Source: an uncultured Gammaproteobacteria bacterium
GTDB lineage: Bacteria > Patescibacteriota > Microgenomatia > UBA8517 > JACQJR01
DNA: 64,000 nt
NCBI GenBank assembly: GCA_964442455.1
Contig: CAYTZB010000001.1
Coordinates: 21,910 to 85,909, forward strand
Direction of reading: 5' to 3'
The position numbers and the translations under genes are program-made. This document shows, piece after piece, positions 57,169 through 64,000 of the stretch (its first letter is position 1; each line of letters opens with the position of its first letter). The notes below the pieces were generated by a model. The model worked only from the letters and a program-made list of their open reading frames with translations. It searched no databases and had not been told where the DNA came from.

Positions 57169-58359
57169 ATGAAAATCTTGATGCTTACTCCCTACCTTCC
57201 TTATCCGCTCTTATCCGGAGGGCAAACCCGCTCGTATAACTTGCTCAAAAATTTGTCAGGTACGCACGAAATTACCCTTTTTTCCTTGGTAAAAGATGAA
57301 AGAGAGCAACGTTACATTGGGGAACTTAAGAAGTTTTGTAAAAATGTGGTGATATTTCCCCGTTCCAGTAATCCTTGGACACTGCGTAACATTTTACTTA
57401 CAGGTTTCTCTCTTTATCCCTTTTTAGTGATGAGAAATTTGTCTCCACAAGAGCGAGAGGCAGTGAGAGTACACTTGCGGGAAGTGTCGTATGATTTAAT
57501 TCACGCAGAGACATTCTATGTTATGCCGCATATTCCCAAAACATCCATTCCTATTTTACTTGTTGAGCAAACGGTAGAATATCTTGTTTATAAACATTAT
57601 GTTGAAGAACAAGCGCCGTTTCTTTTACGCCCACTCTTGTGGATTGATATTGCAAAAATAAAGTTTTGGGAGACGTACTTTTGGCAACGAGCGAACAGAG
57701 TTGTTGCGATGTCCGAGGCGGACAGACACTCAATGCAAAAACTTGTTCCTGGATTGGCAGTTGATATTGTACCTAACGGTATAGATACCGAGCACTTTTC
57801 AATAGAAAAGAAACGAAACGCCGGTCCCCAAAGAATTCTTTATGTGGGTAATTTCAAATGGCTACAAAATAGAGAAGCAGTAGATGTACTTGCAACACGC
57901 ATATGGCCACGGATTAAAAAGAGGATTCCAAATGCGAAGCTTTTGATTGTAGGTATGAGCTTAACACGAGACGTTAAAGAGTTACAAAGTAAAGATATTG
58001 AAGTTGTCGAAGGTATACCCGATATTCGTGAAGCATATGAGAGGGCAGATGTATTAGTTGCGCCAATTGAAGGTCCGGGGGGGACAAGACTTAAAATTCT
58101 TGAAGCAATGGCATCAGGCGTTCCCGTGGTAACTACAAAGATTGGTATCGAAGGATTAGATGTAAGGGATGGAATACATGCGCTTATTCGCAACACCGAG
58201 CAAGATTTGACTGCTGCGACAGTGCGTGTACTCACCGATAAAAAACTGTCAGAAAAAATTGCTACCAATGCAAAAAAATTAGTGAGAGAGAAGTATAATT
58301 GGGAAGCTTCAGCAAACGCACTCGATAAGATTTATCGCCAATTAGCAAACACACAATGA
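57169..58359 (+). CDS. GT4 glycosyltransferase.
   Basis: 'MKILMLTPYLPYPLLSGGQTRSYNL' and 'GPGGTRLKILEAMASGVPVVTT'. Confidence 0.65.
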   Translation: MKILMLTPYLPYPLLSGGQTRSYNLLKNLSGTHEITLFSLVKDEREQRYIGELKKFCKNVVIFPRSSNPWTLRNILLTGFSLYPFLVMRNLSPQEREAVRVHLREVSYDLIHAETFYVMPHIPKTSIPILLVEQTVEYLVYKHYVEEQAPFLLRPLLWIDIAKIKFWETYFWQRANRVVAMSEADRHSMQKLVPGLAVDIVPNGIDTEHFSIEKKRNAGPQRILYVGNFKWLQNREAVDVLATRIWPRIKKRIPNAKLLIVGMSLTRDVKELQSKDIEVVEGIPDIREAYERADVLVAPIEGPGGTRLKILEAMASGVPVVTTKIGIEGLDVRDGIHALIRNTEQDLTAATVRVLTDKKLSEKIATNAKKLVREKYNWEASANALDKIYRQLANTQ

Positions 58360-59294
58360 AAACACAGCCAGATCTTTCAATTGTGATTCTTAATTATAAC
58401 GCAAAAAACTTTGTTACTCAGTGTATTCAATCAATTGTCCATCAGGGGCGGATGAGCCTTTGGTCCAAAAGATCAAAAGATACTAAATATTCTTATGAAA
58501 TTATTGTGGTTGATAATGCCTCGTCAGATGGAAGCATAGAAATGCTTAGAGAAATGCGAAAGAAGACAAAGTTCCAATTAATTGAAAACAAAGAAAATTT
58601 AGGATTTTCCAAAGGGAATAATGTTGCAGTGCCTTATGCAAAAGGTCGGTATATTCTTTTTTTGAATCCGGATACAATCGTAGCCCCAAATACTTTTGTT
58701 TATATGACTCGCTTTATGTATAAACATCCACAGGTTGGGGCTGCAACTTGTAAATTAAAGTCCCCTACTGGCGGACTCGATGAAGCGGCACATCGCGGCT
58801 TTCCCACTCCCTGGAATGCTTTTTGTCACTTCTTTGGACTTGAGCGACTTTTCCCAAAATCACGTTTATTCTCCGGATATACGTTGGGGTATCTTCCAAG
58901 AACCACAATACATGAAATAGACGCGCTCAGTGGAGCGTTCATGATAGTTCGCCGCAAAGCAGGAGAAGGAGTTTCTTGGTGGGACGAGGATTATTTTTGG
59001 TATGGAGAAGATGTTGATTTTTGTTACCGATTGAAAAAAGCGGGGTGGAAAATTATGTATGTTCCCAGCGTTTCTATCTTACACTATCGAGGGGTATCCT
59101 CAGGAATTAAAAGACAAACCAGGGAAGTATCTGTGGCGACAAAAGAGACACGAAAGATGGCAGCACGCGCATCTATTGAAGCAATGAAAATTTTTTATAA
59201 GAAACATTATACAGAGAGATATCCACAGTCCGTTTTGTGGTTAGTGTGGTTTGGAATCTGGATTTTAGAAAAGTACAGACTAATATTTTGGTAG
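58356..59294 (+). CDS. GT2 glycosyltransferase.
   Basis: 'LSIVILNYNAKNFVTQCIQSIVHQ...IIVVDNASSDGS' and 'NPDTIV'. Confidence 0.7.
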   Translation: MKTQPDLSIVILNYNAKNFVTQCIQSIVHQGRMSLWSKRSKDTKYSYEIIVVDNASSDGSIEMLREMRKKTKFQLIENKENLGFSKGNNVAVPYAKGRYILFLNPDTIVAPNTFVYMTRFMYKHPQVGAATCKLKSPTGGLDEAAHRGFPTPWNAFCHFFGLERLFPKSRLFSGYTLGYLPRTTIHEIDALSGAFMIVRRKAGEGVSWWDEDYFWYGEDVDFCYRLKKAGWKIMYVPSVSILHYRGVSSGIKRQTREVSVATKETRKMAARASIEAMKIFYKKHYTERYPQSVLWLVWFGIWILEKYRLIFW

Positions 59295-59312
59295 GCATAA
59301 GCGATATATGAT

Positions 59313-60440
59313 ATGAAGATACTCATTGATGCACGAATGTATGGACTAGAGCATGCAGGTATTGGACGGTATGTAATGAACCTCGTGTCCCAGCTGGTAG
59401 AGATAGATAAAACTAACCAATATATTCTTCTCGTAAACCGAAAACTGACTACTGACTACCGACTACCAACAACCGACAACTGGGAACTGGAATTTGTTGA
59501 TGTTCCCCATTATAGTATTGCTGAACAAGTGCAGCTCCCTGCCATTCTTATAAAAGAGCAGTTTGATATTGCCCATTTCCCCCACTTTAATGTACCTATT
59601 TTTTTTAAGCGTCCATTTGTTGTCACAATTCATGATTTAATAAAACATACTTCTCGCGGTTTGGCGACTACCACGAGAGATCCACTTTTGTATTGGGTTA
59701 AATATGCAGGATACAAGATGGTATTTAGCAATGCAGTACATAAAGCTCGAAAGATTATTGTCCCAAGTAATGCTGTGAGAGATGAGCTCTTGAAGGAGTA
59801 TAGAGTTGATAGAGAGAAAGTGATGGTTATTTATGAAGGAGCAGACGAGATATTTAGTAAAACTCAAAAACTCCAGAACTCCAAACGAATAATAAATAAA
59901 TACAAAATTCCCCAACAATATGTAATTTATGCAGGCAGTGCGTATCCACACAAAAATCTAGAACGACTTATTAAAGCAGTGAAACAAAGTAGAACAAATT
60001 TAATTATCGCGAGCGCACGGAATGTTTTTACTGCCCGATTAATACAATATGTTAATAAAATCAAAGCTGATTCTTTTGTAAACTTTCTAGGGTTTGTTTC
60101 AGATGAAGATTTAGTAATACTCTATAAAAATGCGAAAGCGTTTGTTTTTCCATCTTTATCGGAAGGGTTTGGTTTACCGGGTTTGGAAGCAATGACAACA
60201 GGGTGCCCCGTAGTTTGTTCAGACATACCAGTATTTCATGAAATTTACGGTGACGCCGCAACGTATTTTAACCCCAGAGATGTAGTTGATATTGCTTCAA
60301 AAATAAATGAGGTACTCCGCTTTGATGTTTCGAAACATCAAAACATGGTTGAAAAAGGAAAAGAGCGAGCAAAACAATTCTCCTGGAAAAAAATGGCAGA
60401 AGAGACACTTCAAGTCTACAAAGAAGCTCTCTTAAGGTAG
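59313..60440 (+). CDS. GT4 glycosyltransferase.
   Basis: 'EGFGLPGLEAMTTGCPVVCSDIPVFHEI'. Contains a degenerate heptamer repeat at 59446-59480. Confidence 0.65.
   Translation: MKILIDARMYGLEHAGIGRYVMNLVSQLVEIDKTNQYILLVNRKLTTDYRLPTTDNWELEFVDVPHYSIAEQVQLPAILIKEQFDIAHFPHFNVPIFFKRPFVVTIHDLIKHTSRGLATTTRDPLLYWVKYAGYKMVFSNAVHKARKIIVPSNAVRDELLKEYRVDREKVMVIYEGADEIFSKTQKLQNSKRIINKYKIPQQYVIYAGSAYPHKNLERLIKAVKQSRTNLIIASARNVFTARLIQYVNKIKADSFVNFLGFVSDEDLVILYKNAKAFVFPSLSEGFGLPGLEAMTTGCPVVCSDIPVFHEIYGDAATYFNPRDVVDIASKINEVLRFDVSKHQNMVEKGKERAKQFSWKKMAEETLQVYKEALLR
59446..59480 (+). repeat. Degenerate tandem heptanucleotide repeat (tgactac-like) x5 inside a GT4 coding sequence.
   Basis: Direct read: tgactac tgactac cgactac caacaac cgacaac. 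Confidence 0.7.
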
Positions 60441-60492
60441 AAAATTTTCGCAGGTGTCATTGAGAATTATTTGGCCTTTCTTTAGCTAAGTA

Positions 60493-61731
60493 TTAGCTAG
60501 ATACACCCAAAGGAGACGGGGTCAAAGTAGGATATGCACTACGAATAGCACTTAATAATTCTTTTATTCTATCCTCATTTAAATCAGCGATATTGAGAAT
60601 AAGAAGTAATAACTTCTGTGTCTCCTCATCATTTTTATCATAAGCTCCCTCACGCGCCCTAGTAAAATGAGAAATTTTTTCAAGGACGCTGGGAAGTCTT
60701 TCTATGATAAACTCTCGGTTAACATCTATACCCTCTTTATTTGCTAGCTTACTTATTATTGGATTTATTATACGACGTCTCGCCTGATCATCAATTATAA
60801 CTCCAACCAACCTCCACTTATTTTCTAGTCCAGGAGCTCTTAAAATCGCACCCAAAACAATTGTATCCTCAATTGTAAACCTATATGGATTTTCAATTTC
60901 ACTTTCTGGAGTAGGAGTTAATTCTTCTGACAGTTGACGAGCACCATCCGTTATAACAACAGAAGTGGTGGGAATAGTCCCTTCTTCTAAAACACTGGCT
61001 ATTACTTCTTCTCTGGAAGTAATAGGGTCAGTTTGGACAGAAGAAGTCTCTACTCTTTCTGATTGAGTTTCATTTGTTCTTATCAAAGAATAACGAGCTT
61101 CTACACCACGACGCCGCCCACTATGATTTACAGAATTATGAATAATCGCCCCTATATTCCTTAACTTTTCATTAAGCTTCGAAATGTCAGCACTAAGTAG
61201 TTGTTTGGCCCTATCAACATCGGACTCGTCAGGACGTGCACTCTTTGCCAATTCTGATCTTGAGATTTCTTCTCCTTCTTGAAGGGTACTAAGCTTTTGC
61301 ACAATCATAAATTCTGATGGTGATAATCCTATAATTTGCTGATCCTCAAAGGTAAAAGAGTAGTGTCCTCGAGAGGATATTTTACTAGGTTCAGGAAATA
61401 TCTGAGTGGCTAGTTCATCTGGAAGATCCCCATCTTCAACAGTTACACCAGTTCCTATCTCGATTGCTCCTAAACGGGATTTATCCAAAAGTTCAATTAA
61501 TTCTCTAGGAAATGCCTCGAGGTTAAGGTTCAACTCACGCAGCTGTAGATGGCCGCTTTCAAATTGCCCCACAAGTGCATTACCAGTTCGCGGATCTCTG
61601 CCAAATGCTAGGATTCTTCCAGCTATCCCCCAGAGGTTATCTAAGACCTCTCCTAATTGTTTATTGCGCTCCCTACCTTGCTTTACCAGCTCACCGGCTT
61701 GTTGGGATAAGACTTCTTTTGAACTTGCCAT
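60493..61731 (-). CDS. Hypothetical soluble protein with an internal OmpR/PhoB-type winged-helix-like segment (possible DNA-binding regulator without a receiver domain).
   Basis: Segment 'LSPSEFMIVQKL...ISRSELAKS...VDRAKQLLSADISKLNEKL...RRRGVEARYSL' resembles the Trans_reg_C pattern 'LTPTEFxLLxxL...SRExL...VDVHIxRLRKKL...VRGxGYRL'. No TM helices. It is the only long minus-strand gene in a plus-strand block. Confidence 0.3.
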   Translation of the reverse strand: MASSKEVLSQQAGELVKQGRERNKQLGEVLDNLWGIAGRILAFGRDPRTGNALVGQFESGHLQLRELNLNLEAFPRELIELLDKSRLGAIEIGTGVTVEDGDLPDELATQIFPEPSKISSRGHYSFTFEDQQIIGLSPSEFMIVQKLSTLQEGEEISRSELAKSARPDESDVDRAKQLLSADISKLNEKLRNIGAIIHNSVNHSGRRRGVEARYSLIRTNETQSERVETSSVQTDPITSREEVIASVLEEGTIPTTSVVITDGARQLSEELTPTPESEIENPYRFTIEDTIVLGAILRAPGLENKWRLVGVIIDDQARRRIINPIISKLANKEGIDVNREFIIERLPSVLEKISHFTRAREGAYDKNDEETQKLLLLILNIADLNEDRIKELLSAIRSAYPTLTPSPLGVSS

Positions 61732-61938
61732 TTTATTAGATTTTGTGGAAGTTATTTATTTTAAACTCTAACTTGAAAGAATAAAAGAGTCAAGGGACCG
61801 ATATAAGGTATAAATACAAAAATCTATTCTTCATTTTCTTGCTATAATTCCATCATAAACGATTAAAATGAGAGTAGATTTGGTTTATTTCGAAGTACAC
61901 TATTGGCGAACGAGAGTCAAACCAAGGAGGCTTGAAGA

Positions 61939-63093
61939 ATGAAAGCCGCGTTGGTTTATGACAGAGTGAATAAGTGGGGTGGGGCGGAGAGAGTACTTTT
62001 GACGCTGCATGAGATGTTTCCCCAAGCGCCGCTTTATACATCAGTTTACAATCCTGAAACTGCACCGTGGGCTCGTGTATTTGATGTGAGAACTTCATTC
62101 CTCCAAAATTTTCCCTACGCGCCATCCACTCACGAGTTATATGCCATTCTCATGCCTCTTGCTTTTGAAAGTTTCAACTTTGACAACTATGATGTGGTGA
62201 TTTCGGTGACGAGCGAGGCAGCCAAAGGAATTATTACAAAACCAGGAACGCTCCATCTTTGCTACTGTTTAACACCGACACGATATTTATGGAGCGGTTA
62301 CGAAGATTACTTCGATAAACCCATAACAAAATTTTTCACAAAACCTATAGTCTCGTATTTGAGGAATTGGGATAAAGTGGCCGCACACAGACCAGATAAA
62401 ATTATCGCAATCTCACAAACAGTGGCTGATCGAATTAAAAAGTATTACGGAAGAGAAGCAAATGTTATTTATCCACCAGTTGGGATAATGACGGGTCCTG
62501 CCGCTCGCTCGTCCCGCCCGACGTCCTCCCCGCCAACAGTCGAGCAGTCTGGGCGGGTTGCGGGCGCTCGGTGGGACTCCCTCCGCTCGCGTCACCCGTC
62601 ATCGTTTTATGAGTACTTTTTAATCGTCTCTCGTCTTGTTCCTTACAAACGAGTTGATTTGGTAATTGAGGTGTTTAATCAATTGAAACTTCCACTTATT
62701 ATCATTGGAATCGGTAGAGAGGAAGGAAAACTGAAAAGGATGGCAGGGTCCACTATTACCTTTGTCGGCCAGTTGACAGATGAAGAGCTTGCCTTGTACT
62801 ATGAAAAGGCAGCAGCCATTATCTTCCCGCAAGAGGAAGATTTTGGTATTGTGGCAGTTGAAGCACAGAGAATGGGAACACCGGTCATTGCATATAAAGG
62901 CGGGGGAGCGCTTGAAACTGTCCGCCCTGGGCGGACCGGTGAGTTTTTTGAAGAGCAAAATGTTGATGCGTTGGCTCGGGTGATACAAAGCTTTAATAAA
63001 GCGAAGTATAAACCTGAAATTTTAAAAAAACATGCACAAAAGTTTTCTAAAGAAAGATTTAGGAGGGAATTTTTAAAAATTTCTAATTTCTAA
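61939..63093 (+). CDS. GT4 glycosyltransferase carrying a GC-rich ~114-nt in-frame insertion (62491-62604) in the inter-domain linker.
   Basis: AAGGAGG ribosome-binding site. 'EDFGIVAVEAQRMGTPVIAYKGGGALETV' E-x7-E region. The linker 'TGPAARSSRPTSSPPTVEQSGRVAGARWDSLRSRHPSS' is encoded by a very GC-rich segment. Confidence 0.65.
   Translation: MKAALVYDRVNKWGGAERVLLTLHEMFPQAPLYTSVYNPETAPWARVFDVRTSFLQNFPYAPSTHELYAILMPLAFESFNFDNYDVVISVTSEAAKGIITKPGTLHLCYCLTPTRYLWSGYEDYFDKPITKFFTKPIVSYLRNWDKVAAHRPDKIIAISQTVADRIKKYYGREANVIYPPVGIMTGPAARSSRPTSSPPTVEQSGRVAGARWDSLRSRHPSSFYEYFLIVSRLVPYKRVDLVIEVFNQLKLPLIIIGIGREEGKLKRMAGSTITFVGQLTDEELALYYEKAAAIIFPQEEDFGIVAVEAQRMGTPVIAYKGGGALETVRPGRTGEFFEEQNVDALARVIQSFNKAKYKPEILKKHAQKFSKERFRREFLKISNF
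62491..62604 (+). repeat. GC-rich repeat element inserted in-frame within a GT4 coding sequence (homolog of 57050-57150).
   Basis: See shared blocks with 57050-57150. 114 nt equals 38 codons and the ORF stays open. Confidence 0.55.
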
Positions 63094-63195
63094 TTATTCT
63101 AATTAACCTAAAGAATGTCCAAGCACCAATTTGTAATTGGGCATTGGGATTTGATTAGAAATTAGTAATTAGGTCAATTAGGTTAATCATGTATT

Positions 63196-64000
63196 ATGTA
63201 TAAAGATCATCTCTGGGTAGCAATATTGGCAGGAGGAGGTGGAACTCGTCTTTGGCCACTGTCCCGTGAAAAAAATCCAAAGCAATTTTTAAAGCTCTTT
63301 GGAAGAAAAACCCTTCTTCAGGTAACCGCAGAACGTCTTTCCCGCATTGTTCCCTGGGAGAGAATATTTGTTGTTACAACGAGTCCCCTGTATGCTCATG
63401 AAATTGAGAAAGAGTTGCGTCTCATACCCAGTGAGAATATTTTAGTTGAACCAACCAAGCGGGGTACAGCCATAGCACATGGGTTGGCTAGCGTTTATAT
63501 TCACAACCTAGATCCAGATGCGGTGATTCTTAATGAATCTGCGGACCATGTCGTGCGTCCAATTACTAAGTATCTTGATACGTTTCTTGTTGCAGCAGAG
63601 ACTGCTTTTCAAACTCGTTCTCTGGTTGCCGTTGGAATAGAGCCAGAATATCCCCATACGGGGATGGGTCATATAAAGGTTGGGAAAATTGTTCATAGGG
63701 TAAATGATAGAGTAGTTTTTCAGGTTGAAAAGTTTATTGAAAAGCCTCCACTTGGTTTGGCTCGTAGGTTTACAAACTCAGGTGATTACTACTGGAACGG
63801 CAATCTTTATGTATGGCGTGCAGACAGTATTTTAAAGTCGATAAATATCCATGCACCTAAAATTGGTCATAGTCTTAAACAAATTCAGGATGCACTTTTT
63901 TCGGGGAAAGTGGGTAATCAAGTCATGGAAGCGGCGTATCGAAATGCACCCAATATCTCAATTGATTATGCAGTTTCTGAGCGGGAGAAAAATTTCTTGG
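63196..64000 (+). CDS. manC: 3'-truncated mannose-1-phosphate guanylyltransferase-like sugar nucleotidyltransferase (ManC/CpsB N-terminal domain).
   Basis: 'VAILAGGGGTRLWPLSREKNPKQF' nucleotidyltransferase G-loop, plus 'VEPTKRGTA' and 'VAVGIEPEYPHTGMGHI'. Frame is open to the window end. Confidence 0.75.
   Translation, partial: MYKDHLWVAILAGGGGTRLWPLSREKNPKQFLKLFGRKTLLQVTAERLSRIVPWERIFVVTTSPLYAHEIEKELRLIPSENILVEPTKRGTAIAHGLASVYIHNLDPDAVILNESADHVVRPITKYLDTFLVAAETAFQTRSLVAVGIEPEYPHTGMGHIKVGKIVHRVNDRVVFQVEKFIEKPPLGLARRFTNSGDYYWNGNLYVWRADSILKSINIHAPKIGHSLKQIQDALFSGKVGNQVMEAAYRNAPNISIDYAVSEREKNFL

Noticed and set aside
60441-60492. Possible bidirectional terminator between the convergent GT4 gene (60440) and the minus-strand gene (60493): ttagctaagtattagctag.
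   Set aside because: There are only two copies of the 6-bp self-palindrome tagcta and no GC-rich stem followed by a T-tract. This is too weak to call.
1-64000. CRISPR arrays, tRNA or rRNA genes, transposases, integrases or a reverse transcriptase (diversity-generating retroelement).
   Set aside because: There are no regularly spaced 25-40-nt direct repeats. No GTTCGAATCC-like T-arm and no acceptor-stem context were found on either strand. No ORF shows DDE, tyrosine-recombinase or reverse-transcriptase motifs. The repeats present are short tandem heptamers or the two dispersed elements described above.

Overview
This 64-kb window is almost entirely a cell-surface glycan biosynthesis and glycosylation locus. 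Genes are tightly packed and often overlap by 4 bp (ATGA), consistent with translational coupling. It is AT-rich, by eye about 30-35% GC up to roughly 46 kb and clearly higher after that; all GC percentages quoted in this report are eyeball estimates, not counts. I found no rRNA or tRNA genes, no CRISPR array, and no recognisable transposase or integrase.

Main content:
- Nucleotide-sugar modification genes: a WlbA/WlbB/WlbC-like oxidoreductase, N-acetyltransferase and aminotransferase cassette plus a second DegT-family aminotransferase, an extended-SDR epimerase/dehydratase sitting in a GC-rich island, two further hexapeptide acyltransferases, and a partial ManC-like gene at the 3' edge.
- Seven class-I SAM methyltransferases.
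- At least nine GT2 genes, three of them DPM1/GtrB/ArnC-like polyprenyl-phosphate sugar synthases, one fused to a hexapeptide acyltransferase.
- Seven GT4 genes.
- Two Wzx-like flippases and one Wzy_C/O-antigen-ligase-like gene.
- Fourteen or more large polytopic membrane proteins that look like GT-C fold transferases (PMT/ArnT-like 'DE' motifs, one YfhO-like). Several end in F5/8 type C (discoidin) or other beta-sandwich domains.

Observations beyond ordinary gene content:
1. A roughly 100-nt conserved intergenic element occurs in two inverted copies (16784-16885 and 21721-21823). Its stem-loop shows compensatory base changes, and each copy sits upstream of a transcription unit.
2. A GC-rich ~100-nt repeat element occurs once intergenically (57050-57150) and once inserted in-frame in the inter-domain linker of a GT4 gene (62491-62604). 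This resembles Rickettsia palindromic elements. Other GT4 genes carry unrelated repetitive in-frame insertions at the same linker position.
3. Perfect or near-perfect tandem heptamer/octamer repeats of 4-5 units (28-35 nt) lie inside at least five glycosyltransferase coding sequences. These are candidate slipped-strand phase-variation switches.
4. The fused hexapeptide acyltransferase-GT2 gene.

Functional calls come from motif recognition by eye and should be treated as homology hypotheses.
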